A stretch of DNA of 64,000 bases from Ostreococcus lucimarinus. Its lineage: Eukaryota. The first letter of the stretch is position 1. Every line of letters begins with the position of its first letter. The notes beneath the pieces were generated by a model. The model saw only the letters and a program-made list of their open reading frames with translations, had not been told where the DNA came from and searched no databases. The stretch is taken from assembly GCA_000092065.1 (NCBI GenBank), contig CP000581.1, one strand, 5' to 3'. Of the stretch, positions 38,883-49,663 are shown in pieces. The position numbers and the translations under genes are program-made.

Positions 38883-38980
38883 CTACGTCACCCCCCCGAT
38901 CCCAAATCGTCAGTCACCGCGCCGTCGTCCGACTCGTCGTTCGTTCGCGTTCGCGTTCGCGTCGCCTCGCCCCGACGCAC

Positions 38981-39306
38981 TTCATCCCCTGTCTCAAGTC
39001 CTCGTTCGCCAGGATATCGACGTCCGCGAACGGCACGTTCATCGAGTTCAAAATCTGCACGCACGTGTTCGAGAACCCACACCTCGGCGCGTCCTTCGTC
39101 CCCTTCATGAAGAGCACCACGCGGTGTTCCGCGACGAACGCGTCGATGGATTCGCGCAGCTCGGGCCCCATCTGCGCCGAGACTCGCGCGTCGCGCGCGC
39201 GTCCGGTCGCGCACCGCGCGCGCACCGCGCGCGTCGCGCGCGTCGCGCGCATCGTCGCGCGCATCGTCATCGCGCGCGTCGTCGTCGGCATCGTCGTCGT
39301 CGGCAT
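38981..39306 (-). CDS. GRX5: Monothiol glutaredoxin (Grx5-type, CGFS), exon 1 with presequence
   Basis: 'VVLFMKGTKDAPRCGFSNTCVQILNSMNVPFADVDILANEDLRQGM'. The track ORF runs on into the intron and gives a nonsense tail. Which upstream ATG is used is uncertain. Confidence 0.6.
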
Positions 39307-39360
39307 CGTCGCCCCGTCGCGGTCTCGCGCCGGCGCCGCGCCGGCGCCGCGCCGATCGCG

Positions 39361-39580
39361 CGATCGATCGCGCGCATCGAGCTCGACCCTCGCGCGGGCG
39401 ATCGGTCTCGACGCTCGAAACGCGCGCGATCGATCGCGCGACGCGCGCGATGACGATCGATCGACGCGCCGATCGATCGCGCGATCGATCGCGCGTTTCG
39501 AGCTCGAACCTCGCGCGGGCGATCGGTCTCGACGCTCGAAACGCGCGCGATCGATCGCGCGACGCGCGATGCGTCGATCG
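39361..39580. repeat. Tandem duplication, about 130-bp period x2, rich in cgatcg/cgcgcg palindromic motifs, in the Grx5/GNAT divergent promoter
   Basis: 'cgatcgatcgcgcg[ca/tt]tcgagctcga[c/a]cctcgcgcgggcgatcggtctcgacgctcgaaacgcgcgcgatcgatcgcgcgacgcgcg' occurs twice, starting near 39361 and 39492. Confidence 0.8.
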
Positions 39581-39662
39581 CGCGCGATCGCGCGATCTGA
39601 TCCGAAACCGACGGCCGACCGCCGGCATTGATCGTCGACCGATCGACCGCGCGACGCGCGCG

Positions 39663-40703
39663 ATGGCGTCGCGCGCGGTGTCGATCGACGCGCGCGCGCG
39701 CGGCGACGCGATGGCGTCGCGCGCGACGCGCGGCGCGACGCGGGACGGCGCGCGACGCGCGACGCGCGGAACGCAGACGACGACGACGCGACGACGCGCG
39801 ATGACGACGACGCGATGCGATGGGCTCGCGCGGACGGGACGCGGCGGCGCGACGAGGGACGCGTCGACGTCGACGATGATGGGCGCGGGCGCGGGCGCGC
39901 GGGGAGGGGTGGCGCGACGCGCGCTGGCGGATCGACCGACGCGAGAGGCGGCGGAGGACGAGGACGCGCGCGCGACGGGCGCGAGCCGGGTGAAGTCGAG
40001 GGGGGGGGTGGACGTCGTCGTCGCGACGAATGACTTCGCGTTTGAGATCGCGGCGAATCTCAGGGCGACGGCGTTTTACGATGATCTCGCGGAGAGGCAC
40101 GAGATGCCGTTTCCGCCGCGGTTCACGCCGACGTTTCATCGGGAGTTCGCGCAGCGCGAACGCAAGGCGCTGCGGGAGCGGACGACGAGACGCGTGGGGC
40201 CGGCGCTGGAGTCGCGATGTTTCATGGCGGATTGCGAAGGATTGGGGTTAGTGGGGTGTTTGGACGTCAGCGTGCGCGAGGGGCCGTGCGCGAGTCAGAT
40301 CAACGGCGTGTGCGTGCCGGAGGGGGCGTCGTACGCGTACGTGGACAACGTGGCGGTGGACGCCGCGGCTCGTCGACGAGGGTCGGCGAAGCTCATGATG
40401 GAGTGCGCGAGCGACTGGGTCGAAGAGCGTGGAATCACGGAAATCTGGACGCACGTGCACTGCGATAACGTGGGCGCGCGAAGATTGTACCACGCGTACG
40501 GTTTCCGGGCGCCCAGCGGCTCGCATCCGGAACAAGGCTTGCCGAATTACTTCAACGGCGAGCGATTGAAGGGCCTAATCTTAATGCGAGCCCCTGTGCC
40601 GCTGGTGTACGAGGCGCGCGTTGACGCGGTTTGCGGATGCGGCGCGTGCTTCGCGCGCGTGGACGAGTGCATCTGCATCAAACCCGCGGTCGCCGCGCGT
40701 TAA
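39663..40703 (+). CDS. GNAT-family N-acetyltransferase with organellar presequence
   Basis: 'YAYVDNVAVDAAARRRGSAKLMMECASDWVEERGITEIWTHVHCDNVGARRLYHAYGF' GNAT motifs A/B. Ala/Arg/Thr-rich N-terminus. Confidence 0.55.
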   Translation: MASRAVSIDARARGDAMASRATRGATRDGARRATRGTQTTTTRRRAMTTTRCDGLARTGRGGATRDASTSTMMGAGAGARGGVARRALADRPTREAAEDEDARATGASRVKSRGGVDVVVATNDFAFEIAANLRATAFYDDLAERHEMPFPPRFTPTFHREFAQRERKALRERTTRRVGPALESRCFMADCEGLGLVGCLDVSVREGPCASQINGVCVPEGASYAYVDNVAVDAAARRRGSAKLMMECASDWVEERGITEIWTHVHCDNVGARRLYHAYGFRAPSGSHPEQGLPNYFNGERLKGLILMRAPVPLVYEARVDAVCGCGACFARVDECICIKPAVAAR

Positions 40704-40845
40704 CGCCGCCTCGAGTCGAGACTACTTAAACTTTGTTGTACTTTTCCTGCCCGCCGTACTATATGCGCGCTCGCTGCTAAGCATTTTTAAACCGATGCTA
40801 CGAAAATATGCTCATGATTCACAATTCGTTCGCTACTGTAGTGCG

Positions 40846-41709
40846 CTAATCAAACGACGGCGCGAAGCTCGGCATGGACGCCAATTTCTCCGCGCGCTTT
40901 GGCGCCGCCTGCGTCTTCGATTGGGTCTTCTTCTTTTTCGCCTTCGGCAGGTTCACGGGAATGCCCGGCAACATTAAAGGTTCGCCGGCCTCGATCGGGG
41001 GTTTCAACGCGCGCTCAACCTTGGTCTTCGTCTTGGTCAACAGCGTCTGCACCGTGGAGCAAATCGTCACCGGCGCCGCCAACGTGGACTCCTCCAACCT
41101 CGTCGCCCCCGCTAAACTCCTCGTGTACTCGCTCGCGCTCGCGCTCATCTCATCTAACTCATCATCGAGCCTCTCTTGCAACAAATGCGCCAGGGCCTCG
41201 TGAATCGCCTCCTTCTCGTCGAAATTTTTAAACACCTCTGGCGCCCCCGCGCCCATTCGCGACATCGGCGCGTTCGTCGTGTCCCTCGCCCCCACCACGA
41301 AGCTCTCCGCGTCCATCATTTTCTTCACGATCCGTCCCACCGCGTGCGCTCCGATCGCATCGCACGCCTCGATCGTCTCCGCCAGCGCCTCCAGCGCCCT
41401 CGGGCACGCGTACGCTCGCACCGGCTCTCCCTCCAATTGCGTCTCGTGCAGCGCGTACACGCAGTACACCCCCGTCGCTCGCGTCGCCAGCGTCTTCCCC
41501 GTCCGCGCGTACTTCATCGCGCAATCGTACGCGCACTGCACGTACCCGTTGTACGTCTGCTGCGCCGGCTTTCCCAGGTGCACGTTCGAGAACCGTCGCT
41601 CGCACCAGCGCGCTTTGAAATTCGCAAACGACATCGCCGCCGCGTACGCGTCGTCGCCGTCGTCGCGCGCGCGGTCGACGTCGCGCGCGTGGCGCTCGAT
41701 GAGATCCAT
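40846..41709 (-). CDS. Hypothetical conserved-looking protein with Lys-rich C-terminus
   Basis: Start is placed at the internal ATG (41709) that avoids the divergent JmjC gene. No family assigned. Confidence 0.35.
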   Translation of the reverse strand: MDLIERHARDVDRARDDGDDAYAAAMSFANFKARWCERRFSNVHLGKPAQQTYNGYVQCAYDCAMKYARTGKTLATRATGVYCVYALHETQLEGEPVRAYACPRALEALAETIEACDAIGAHAVGRIVKKMMDAESFVVGARDTTNAPMSRMGAGAPEVFKNFDEKEAIHEALAHLLQERLDDELDEMSASASEYTRSLAGATRLEESTLAAPVTICSTVQTLLTKTKTKVERALKPPIEAGEPLMLPGIPVNLPKAKKKKTQSKTQAAPKRAEKLASMPSFAPSFD

Positions 41710-41847
41710 GACGTCGATCTCCACGCCGCGGAGCTCGCGCTCGTCGCACGCGGGCATGGCGACGACGACGCGCGGGCGAATGGCGACGACGCGCCATCGC
41801 GCGACGCCGACGCCGACGCGACGCGGCGCGGCGCGGCGCGGCGCGCG

Positions 41848-43050
41848 ATGGACGCGCGGGCGAAGGCGCTCGCGGCGCTCGAGCGCGCGGCGCGCGGCGC
41901 GGGCGCGTCGACGGCGGTGCGCGTCGCGGCGAACGCGGACGCGAGCGAGGCGGCGCTCGCGAGCGCGCGCGCGCTGGCGCACGACGCGCTGCACCGCGGA
42001 TCGTGGGCGGACGCGGACGAGTGCTGGCGGGGGGTGTACGCGGCGGCGACCGTGGCGTGGGCGCGACGCGCGGTGGCGAACGGGCGGGACGAGGGAGGCG
42101 AGCGCGCGCGCGACGCGCTGCGCGCGCTCGATTTGGCCGCCATGCTCGGAGGCGCGTGGTTTCGGGACGACGTGCGCGACGCGATAGCGGACGTGCGCGC
42201 GATGCGTGGGAAGAGGGAAAGACCGCGAGCGAGGCGCTGGAGCGCGTCGATCGATGAGGGAGAATCGACGGCGGGACGCGACGGCGACGAGACGGCGACG
42301 AGGCGCGCCGACGTGTCCATGGAGGCGTTTTATAGGGATTTCATGGCGAAGCGAGGCGAGGACGGCGAGTCGAGCGATTGCGGTACCCCGATCGTGCTCG
42401 ATGCGCTCGTCAAGCACTGGCCCGCGGTGACGAAGTGGAGAGACGGGGCGTACCTGGACGAAATCGTCGGCGATCGCACGGTGCCCGTCGAACTGGGGAA
42501 GACGTACGTCGACGACGCGTGGTCGCAGAAACTCATGACGATGCGTGAGTTCATGGACGCGTACGTCGACGGCGACGACGACGAGTCGACTCGACGCGCG
42601 AGCGGTGGTGCGGACGTGGGTTACCTCGCCCAGCACGAACTCTTCGAGCAGTGCCCAGAATTGAAGCGCGACATCGAGGAACCGCTGTATTGCGCGCTCG
42701 GCACCGGCACCGTGTGCGCGGTCAACGCCTGGTTCGGACCCGCGCACACGGAGTCTCCGGCGCACACTGACCCGCATCACAACCTACTGTGCCAAGTCAT
42801 CGGCGTCAAGCGCGTGCGTCTCTTCGCGCCGAGCGAGACGCCGAAGATGTACCCGCGCGACGCCCCGATGAGCAACACCTCCCGCGTCGACGTCATGCAC
42901 CCGAACTTGGACGAGTTCCCTCTCTTCGTCGACGTCGAGTTCATCGACGCGACGCTGTACCCCGGCGACGCCTTGTACATTCCACCCGGTTGGTGGCACC
43001 GCGTCAAAGCCGCCACCGTCTCGTTCAGCGTTTCGTATTGGTGGGACTGA
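41848..43050 (+). CDS. JmjC-domain protein, JMJD5/KDM8-like (paralogue 2)
   Basis: 'AWFGPAHTESPAHTDPHHNLLCQVIGVKRVRLF...GDALYIPPGWWHRVKAATVSFSVSYWWD'. Same architecture as 21566..23494. Confidence 0.7.
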   Translation: MDARAKALAALERAARGAGASTAVRVAANADASEAALASARALAHDALHRGSWADADECWRGVYAAATVAWARRAVANGRDEGGERARDALRALDLAAMLGGAWFRDDVRDAIADVRAMRGKRERPRARRWSASIDEGESTAGRDGDETATRRADVSMEAFYRDFMAKRGEDGESSDCGTPIVLDALVKHWPAVTKWRDGAYLDEIVGDRTVPVELGKTYVDDAWSQKLMTMREFMDAYVDGDDDESTRRASGGADVGYLAQHELFEQCPELKRDIEEPLYCALGTGTVCAVNAWFGPAHTESPAHTDPHHNLLCQVIGVKRVRLFAPSETPKMYPRDAPMSNTSRVDVMHPNLDEFPLFVDVEFIDATLYPGDALYIPPGWWHRVKAATVSFSVSYWWD

Positions 43051-43288
43051 CGCTCCATCGTTCGACCGCGTAAGCCTAGCCCTAGCGTAGATGAATCAAC
43101 GCGCGAGCCATCGCGTTGCCGTCGTTCGTCGCGCCCTTCGCTGCATGCGCCGTCGACAGTCCGACTCGACTCTTCGCGGCGTCGGCGGCGACCTCCGTTT
43201 GAAATTTCTCCAAACCGTCGCCAACGTCGGCACTCGGCGGCGCGCGAATCGCCCGTCGCGACGCGCGTATTCAGGCGAACCGCGCGAC

Positions 43289-44404
43289 ATGCGTCTCTCG
43301 CGCGCTTTCCTCGCCTTCCTCGTCGCTCTCGCGGCGGCGTCGGCGCCGCGCGTCCGCGCGCGCGCGCTCGGTGTCGACGCGCTCGGCACCTCCACGCTCG
43401 AGCTCGCGGCGCCGACGAGCGCGAAACCGGCGCGGTTTAACGAGTACAAGATCATGCCCGGTCACACGAAGCGGTCGCACGTGCTGAGCGCGCGCGCGCA
43501 CGAGTACGTCGACGCGGCGACGCTGCCGAAGACGTTCGTGTGGAACGACGTCAAGGGACACAACTTTTTGACGAAGTCGCTGAATCAGCACATCCCTCAG
43601 TATTGCGGTTCGTGCTGGGCGCACGGTGCGATGAGCGCGCTGGCGGATCGAATTCAAATTGCGAGCGGGAAGAAACGAGCGCAAGACGTGAACTTGGCGA
43701 TTCAGCACATTCTAAACTGCGGGACGGAAATCGCGGGGTCCTGTCACGGGGGATCGCACACCGGAGCTTATCAATTCGTTCACGACACTGGATTCGTGCC
43801 GTACGACACGTGTTTGCCCTACGAAGCGTGCAGTGCGGAATCTACCGAAGGTAACTGCGCGCGAGGTGGTGATTACACGTGCACGGCGATGAACACCTGC
43901 CGAACGTGCAGCACGTTTGCGGAATTCGGCGGCTTTTGCAGCGCGCTGTCAACGTTCCCGAACGCCACCGTCGCGGAGTACGGGATGATCTCGGGTGAAA
44001 AGGAAATCATGGCTGAAATTTTCGCTCGCGGTCCCGTGTCTGCGGGGATCGATGCCGATGGATTGCGAGGTTACGTCGGCGGCATCTACAAAGACACGCC
44101 GGATTTCGAAATCAATCACATCGTCTCCATCGTCGGCTGGGGTACCGCGGATGATGGAACCAAATACTGGGTCGTGCGTAACTCGTGGGGTCAATACTGG
44201 GGAGAGATGGGTTTTTTTCGCATCATTCGAGGCGTGAACTCTCTCGGAATCGAAGACGAAGTCGCGTGGGCGACGCCCGGCTCTTGGACCCACATGAACT
44301 TCGCGTGCTACGAAGACGGGAGCAACTGTATTCGCAAGAAGGACTACGTCGACCCATCCACGCCCGGACGCAAGCCGTACGGCGAGTATCATCTGGAAAA
44401 CTAG
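43289..44404 (+). CDS. Papain-family cysteine protease, cathepsin X/Z-like
   Basis: Signal peptide. 'QYCGSCWAHGAMSALADRIQI' (active-site Cys), His 'INHIVSIVGWG', Asn 'VVRNSWG'. Cathepsin-X-like prosegment length. Confidence 0.75.
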   Translation: MRLSRAFLAFLVALAAASAPRVRARALGVDALGTSTLELAAPTSAKPARFNEYKIMPGHTKRSHVLSARAHEYVDAATLPKTFVWNDVKGHNFLTKSLNQHIPQYCGSCWAHGAMSALADRIQIASGKKRAQDVNLAIQHILNCGTEIAGSCHGGSHTGAYQFVHDTGFVPYDTCLPYEACSAESTEGNCARGGDYTCTAMNTCRTCSTFAEFGGFCSALSTFPNATVAEYGMISGEKEIMAEIFARGPVSAGIDADGLRGYVGGIYKDTPDFEINHIVSIVGWGTADDGTKYWVVRNSWGQYWGEMGFFRIIRGVNSLGIEDEVAWATPGSWTHMNFACYEDGSNCIRKKDYVDPSTPGRKPYGEYHLEN

Positions 44405-44425
44405 GCCGTCTGCCGCTCACTCATC

Positions 44426-46180
44426 ATGTATCGACTCTTCGCGCGTTGTAAATCACGTCAAACATTTCTTGTTCACATCGTCGCCTCGGACGCGGCGTTC
44501 AGGACACAGAGCGCGACGCGCATCGTCGCGTCGATGACTATAAGACATCGGCATCGCAGACGTCGTTCACTCTGTCAGCGATATCTGTTCGCGAACATCG
44601 TCGTGCTGAGTTTCGCGCTGAGTTTCTGGGCCAGTCGGAAAATTGCGAGGTGGCTCGTCCCAGCCACTGCGGTGTGGGTCGAAACACACGGTTGCCACGC
44701 GTACGGCAAACCCATCTCGATTCGAGGTAAACACCGTCATTTACCTCGGCGTTCGTTCGATCCGAAGAGTGGGTTTTGTTTGTGTCGCCGAAGTCACGAC
44801 GGATTCGCGTGGTCGACGGCGCATCGCGGGTGCCCGAAATTTCCCGTAGACTGCGCAAACGAGTGCGCGACGTCCGATGTGCCGCCACCGCCGCATGATG
44901 GCGTGAAGAGATCGAGACGGTGGCTCCATCGGTTCGACGCTACACGACGACGTGCAAAATGCGTTGAAACGTCGATTCAGCCCGAAATTCGACGATTATT
45001 CGAGAAGATTGAGACCGCAACGATGACGCCGAAGATGCCAGTCGGATCGTTGCCCAATTTGCGCAAAATAATTACGACGGACTTCGTGGCATCGGGTGTG
45101 CGCATTCCAATCATCCATCGCTTACGCCTCCGAGAACGAGTAGACACATTTCTTCGGGATGCGCCGAGCGCGAACGGTGCATTTCGAGGGCGCGGGATCG
45201 TCATCGTCGGCAGCGCGAGCAACGCGAAATACTCGACAGCGTATTGGATCGCTCTCCATTCGCTTCGGCGAACGGGTGCATGCGCGCTCCCCGTCGAAAT
45301 TTGGTTTCCAAAAGGCGAACTTCCAACGTGCGAACAAGCAAAGTCGATGCGCGCTCTCGGTGCGACGCCGCGCTCATTTGAGCGCTCGTTTGAGCGCCTC
45401 GCGAAGAATCGTTTCGCATACAAGCTTCTCGCGGTCGCGATTAGCGAATTCGATCAAGTCTTGTACATGGATGCCGATAATATCGCGCTTACAGCGAACT
45501 TGTGTCGACTTTTTGACACGAGCGAAGATTACGCGCGCACCGGGGCTTTATTATGGCAAGACTTTTGGTCGTCGAGCGCGGCTCCCGATTTGTTCGACGT
45601 CCTGCCGTCGTCGCCTGCGCTCGATTTCAACGGCACGCACGAGAGCGGGCAGTTTCTCGTCCACAAGTCTCGTGTGTGGCGCGCACTTGCGCTCGCACTC
45701 TTCATGAATGCGTACCCGGAGATATTTTCTCCATTAAGCGGCAACTACATGGGATGGGGAGATAAAGAGTTTCTCGCCTCAGCCTTAGCCGCGACGAAGA
45801 CGCCCTTCGCGCGCGTTTCGCGCTTACCCCAACACGTCGGCGTCGCCGTGCACGACCGCATTTCAATCTGGGGCAATGCCATGCTCCAGTTCGATGACGC
45901 CGACGTCCCACTGTTCCTGCACGCCAACGTCGGCAAAATCGTCGCTCGCGACTTTCCGTGCGCGAACGTCTCCGCGTACGTACACCGATGGACATCGCAC
46001 GCCGATGTCCTCGCACGAGCAACTAACACGCGCGACTTCGAGCTCGACTGGCTCGTTGATACCGCGTGTTCCGTCGTTCGCACCGTTTCGGACGACGATC
46101 ACACCGACGTCGCCTTCGCTCGCGCTCCTTTGCTTGATGGCATGCACCTCGCCGACCACCCGGGTGCACTAGGTAAATAG
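44426..46180 (+). CDS. Putative Golgi type-II glycosyltransferase (GT-A fold, DXD; Mnn2/GT71-like)
   Basis: Signal-anchor 'LFANIVVLSFALSFWA'. 'VLYMDADNIAL' DXD motif, 'LLWQDFW'. Start is uncertain. Confidence 0.4.
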   Translation: MYRLFARCKSRQTFLVHIVASDAAFRTQSATRIVASMTIRHRHRRRRSLCQRYLFANIVVLSFALSFWASRKIARWLVPATAVWVETHGCHAYGKPISIRGKHRHLPRRSFDPKSGFCLCRRSHDGFAWSTAHRGCPKFPVDCANECATSDVPPPPHDGVKRSRRWLHRFDATRRRAKCVETSIQPEIRRLFEKIETATMTPKMPVGSLPNLRKIITTDFVASGVRIPIIHRLRLRERVDTFLRDAPSANGAFRGRGIVIVGSASNAKYSTAYWIALHSLRRTGACALPVEIWFPKGELPTCEQAKSMRALGATPRSFERSFERLAKNRFAYKLLAVAISEFDQVLYMDADNIALTANLCRLFDTSEDYARTGALLWQDFWSSSAAPDLFDVLPSSPALDFNGTHESGQFLVHKSRVWRALALALFMNAYPEIFSPLSGNYMGWGDKEFLASALAATKTPFARVSRLPQHVGVAVHDRISIWGNAMLQFDDADVPLFLHANVGKIVARDFPCANVSAYVHRWTSHADVLARATNTRDFELDWLVDTACSVVRTVSDDDHTDVAFARAPLLDGMHLADHPGALGK

Positions 46181-46340
46181 TGAGCCTTCACATTTCAATC
46201 CCAACTCCCCAAACTGATGCATGACTCACGTAAACACACACACAAATAAACCATCAAAAACACATAAACGACGAGTCGCATCGACGTCGACGTCGACGAC
46301 ACGCGCGCGACCCTCACACTACGACGCGAACACCGTCGAC

Positions 46341-46478
46341 ATGAGCGCTCCGCTCGCCCAGCGCGCGACCGCGTCGCTCGCGCGCACGAACGCGAAGAAT
46401 GCTTCCCTCAAGACCCGCGCTCGCCGCGCGCGCGCGACGCCGCGCGCGGCCGCGACCGAGGGTGGTGATGCCGAAAAG
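46341..46478 (+). CDS. FTSH: FtsH protease, exon 1 (chloroplast transit peptide)
   Basis: 'MSAPLAQRATASLARTNAKNASLKTRARRARATPRAAATEGGDAEK' ends in phase 0 at a GTGCGC donor. Joins in frame to 46794 across a 315-bp intron with branch 'tactgac' and acceptor 'acgtag'. Confidence 0.45.
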
Positions 46479-46793
46479 GTGCGCGCGGGGCGACGACGCG
46501 ATGCGACGTGAACGCGCGCGCGGGGACGCGCGCGGCGGGGAGCGAGAGACGCGCGCGCGAACGCGCGTCGGAATGATTTTCGTTCGCGCGCGCGCGGGGC
46601 GCAGGCGCGCGGATAACGTCCGCGTGGGCGTGCGGGCGCGGATAGACGCGGACGGCGCGTGACGTCCGCGATAAGGCGCGCGTGGATTACCGGCGACGAG
46701 AACGCGCGATGTCGTGGCGACGACGCGGTGCGCGCGCGATCGGGCGCACGGTGTGAAACGAAAGATACTGACGGATGCGCGTACGAAACGTAG

Positions 46794-48722
46794 GTGGACC
46801 AAACGCGTCGCGATGCGTTGAAGATGGCGGCGGGTTTCGCGGCGACGTTTGGCTTGGCGCAAAGCGCGAGCGCGGCGGACGACGTCGCGTCTTCTCGCAT
46901 GTCTTACTCTCGATTCCTCGAGTACCTCGACATGGGACGGGTGAAGAAGGTTGATTTGTACGAGCAAGGCACGATCGCTATCGTGGAGGCGGTTTCGCCG
47001 GAGCTTGGTAACCGCGTGCAGCGCGTGCGCGTGCAGCTTCCGGGAACGTCTTCCGAGTTGCTCAAGAAGTTCCGTGAAAAGAATGTTGATTTCGCGGCGC
47101 ACACGAACACGGAGGACAACGGACAAGTGTTCTTGAACTTGCTCGGCAACTTGGCATTCCCGCTCTTGCTCGTCGGGGGGTTATTCTTGCTCACTCGCCG
47201 CCAGCAAGGCGGCGGCGGCGGCGGCATGCCGGGCGGCATGGGCGGCCCGAACAACCCCATGGCGTTCGGCAAGTCCAAGGCCAAGTTCCAAATGGAACCG
47301 AACACTGGCGTCACTTTCGATGACGTTGCCGGTGTGAAGGAAGCTAAGAACGATTTCATGGAGATTGTCGAGTTCTTGAAGCGTCCGGAGCGATTCACCG
47401 CCGTTGGTGCCAAGATCCCGAAGGGGTGCCTTCTGGTCGGTCCGCCGGGTACGGGTAAGACCTTGCTCGCCAAGGCGATCGCCGGTGAAGCTGGTGTCCC
47501 GTTCTTCTCCATCTCTGGTTCTGAATTCGTTGAAATGTTCGTCGGTGTCGGTGCGTCCCGCGTCCGCGATCTCTTCAAGAAGGCGAAGGAAAACGCCCCG
47601 TGCATCATCTTCGTTGACGAAATCGACGCCGTCGGTCGCTCCCGTGGTACCGGCGTCGGCGGTGGTAACGACGAGCGCGAACAAACGTTGAACCAGCTTC
47701 TTACCGAAATGGATGGTTTCGAAGGCAACACCGGTATTATCGTCATTGCGGCGACGAACCGTGCCGACATCCTCGACCCGGCGCTCCTCCGTCCGGGTCG
47801 CTTTGACCGCCAAGTGGCCGTCGACGTCCCGGATCTCGCCGGTCGCGTCGAAATCTTGGGTGTTCACGCCAAGAACAAGCGTTTCGAAGACGAAGTCGAT
47901 CTTGAAATGATTGCCAAGCGCACCCCGGGATTCTCCGGTGCCGACCTGTCCAACCTTCTCAACGAGGCCGCCATTCTTTGCGGTCGACGCGGCAAAACCG
48001 CCATCAGCCTCTCTGAAGTCGACGACTCCGTTGATCGCATTGTCGCCGGTATGGAAGGTACGCGCTTGAACGATGGTAAGGCCAAGAGCCTCGTAGCGTA
48101 TCACGAAGTCGGTCACGCCATTTGCGGCACGCTCACTCCGGGTCACGACCCGGTGCAAAAGGTGACTTTGATCCCGCGTGGTCAAGCCAAGGGTTTGACG
48201 TGGTTCATCCCGGGTGAGGACGCGTCTCTCATCTCCAAGCAACAGATTTTCGCTCGCGTCGTCGGTGCTCTCGGTGGGCGTGCGGCGGAAGAAGTTATCT
48301 TCGGTGAGGCTGAAGTGACCACGGGTGCGAGCAGCGACCTCAACCAAGTCGCGTCCATGGCGAAGCAAATGGTCACCACGTTCGGTATGTCTGACATTGG
48401 TCCGTGGTCGCTCCAAGATCCGAGCGCTCAAGGTGGTGACATGATCATGCGCATGATGGCGCGCAACTCCATGTCTGAGAAGCTCGCCAACGACATCGAC
48501 GTTGCCACCAAGCGCATCGCCGACGAAGCGTACGAGGTTGCCGTCAAGCAAATCAGAGACAACCGCGAGGCTATCGACGTCATCACGGAGGAACTCATGG
48601 AAGTCGAAACCATGACTGGCGAACGTTTCCGCGAGATCCTCTCGCAGTTCGTCGAGATCCCGGCGGTGAACATCCCGGGTGAAGTGAAGATGGCTACTGT
48701 GAACGCGGGTGGTAAGCTTTAA
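46794..48722 (+). CDS. FTSH: ATP-dependent zinc metalloprotease FtsH (thylakoid type), exon 2
   Basis: Twin-Arg 'TRRDALK' plus hydrophobic segment, second TM, Walker A 'GPPGTGKT', SRH '[19 protein letters not shown]', zinc site 'HEVGHA'. Confidence 0.8.
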   Translation: MDQTRRDALKMAAGFAATFGLAQSASAADDVASSRMSYSRFLEYLDMGRVKKVDLYEQGTIAIVEAVSPELGNRVQRVRVQLPGTSSELLKKFREKNVDFAAHTNTEDNGQVFLNLLGNLAFPLLLVGGLFLLTRRQQGGGGGGMPGGMGGPNNPMAFGKSKAKFQMEPNTGVTFDDVAGVKEAKNDFMEIVEFLKRPERFTAVGAKIPKGCLLVGPPGTGKTLLAKAIAGEAGVPFFSISGSEFVEMFVGVGASRVRDLFKKAKENAPCIIFVDEIDAVGRSRGTGVGGGNDEREQTLNQLLTEMDGFEGNTGIIVIAATNRADILDPALLRPGRFDRQVAVDVPDLAGRVEILGVHAKNKRFEDEVDLEMIAKRTPGFSGADLSNLLNEAAILCGRRGKTAISLSEVDDSVDRIVAGMEGTRLNDGKAKSLVAYHEVGHAICGTLTPGHDPVQKVTLIPRGQAKGLTWFIPGEDASLISKQQIFARVVGALGGRAAEEVIFGEAEVTTGASSDLNQVASMAKQMVTTFGMSDIGPWSLQDPSAQGGDMIMRMMARNSMSEKLANDIDVATKRIADEAYEVAVKQIRDNREAIDVITEELMEVETMTGERFREILSQFVEIPAVNIPGEVKMATVNAGGKL

Positions 48723-49024
48723 GTGCTGTACTCATCGGAGAGCATCAAGGATAGAGATGTGATGCCGTCGGCTTCGAAACAGCGCCGCAGAACTTTAGTT
48801 GCAAACTTCTAGAGAGTGGGTGATTCCCAGAAAAGCGAATCGTCGCGGGCTTAGGCGCGATGAGCTTGTAATATGGAACAATTGAACAACACGCAAACGT
48901 CACGATGAGCGCTCTCACACGCCTGAAATGAATTAAAAAAGACGCCGCCTCCTTCGACGCGTCCGTCGTCGCCCGCCTCGCTAAACTACACAATGCGCGA
49001 ACACGCTCTATCTAGACCGAACCC

Positions 49025-49282
49025 CTACTTTTTCGTCATCCTCGCCAACCTATTTAGATGATGATTGATCGTGTTCATCTTCTTCGGCGCCTTGGCGCGC
49101 AATTCCAAACACGAGTCCAGCGCCTTTCTCGCGCTCGCGCACTTGCCCTCCTCAAAGCTATTCGTCTTGTAACACGTCAACAGCGCAAACATCTCCGTCA
49201 TGCACGCCACGTCCCTGCGCTTGCCCTTACCCGCGCTCTTGGTGTTGATGCGCAGCCGCGGCTCGCTGGGCGTCTTCGCCAT
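49025..49282 (-). CDS. Small twin-Cx9C (CHCH) protein, probably mitochondrial (Mrp10/mS37-like)
   Basis: 'CMTEMFALLTC...CASARKALDSC' twin Cx9C. 85 aa. Confidence 0.5.
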   Translation of the reverse strand: MAKTPSEPRLRINTKSAGKGKRRDVACMTEMFALLTCYKTNSFEEGKCASARKALDSCLELRAKAPKKMNTINHHLNRLARMTKK

Positions 49283-49663
49283 CGCGCTTCGCGCGCGCGC
49301 GGCGTCGAAGTCGGTCGCGAGAAAAGATCGGCGGCGAGCTCGCGGACGTTCGCGCGTCGTCAGCCGCGAACGCTAGCGTTGCGGTTCGTGCGTGACGATA
49401 TTTAAGATCACGTTGGATCCGCCGAGGCGTGGACGGCTTCGCGCGCTCGATATGCGGCGAAAAGTACGGAGCGAAAGGTGCAAGGCGCGGGACGCGAGCA
49501 CCGCGCGCGCGTCGCCGCACGGCGCGGCGCGGCCAACACAGCGGCGAGGACGACGACGGTGGGACGCAGACGAAAGACGATTGAGGAATAGGAATGTAAT
49601 GTTAAGTGGAAAGTCACCCTTGGTCTACGGCCACTCGGTGTACGGCAAGAGACGACCCGACGC

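Noticed and set aside
39361-39580. Possible CRISPR-like array, because of the regular cgatcgatcgcgcg repeats
   Set aside because: It has two long units rather than a short repeat-spacer periodicity, and the context is eukaryotic. Classed as a tandem duplication.
39124-39631. ORFs translating the 130-bp tandem repeat (peptide 'SIARxELxPRAGDRSRRSKRARSIARRA' occurs twice)
   Set aside because: The repeated peptide merely mirrors the DNA duplication in a promoter. It is not coding.
46314-47126. 270-aa ORF antisense to FtsH exon 2 and the intron
   Set aside because: It overlaps the strongly supported FtsH coding sequence and has Arg-rich artefactual composition.
48723-49024. tRNA or other small RNA genes in the AT-richer convergent spacers (also 31795..31922 and 61592..61744)
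   Set aside because: No cloverleaf-compatible T-loop or anticodon-arm motifs (GGTTCGAATCC-like) were recognised by eye. This cannot be excluded without tRNAscan.
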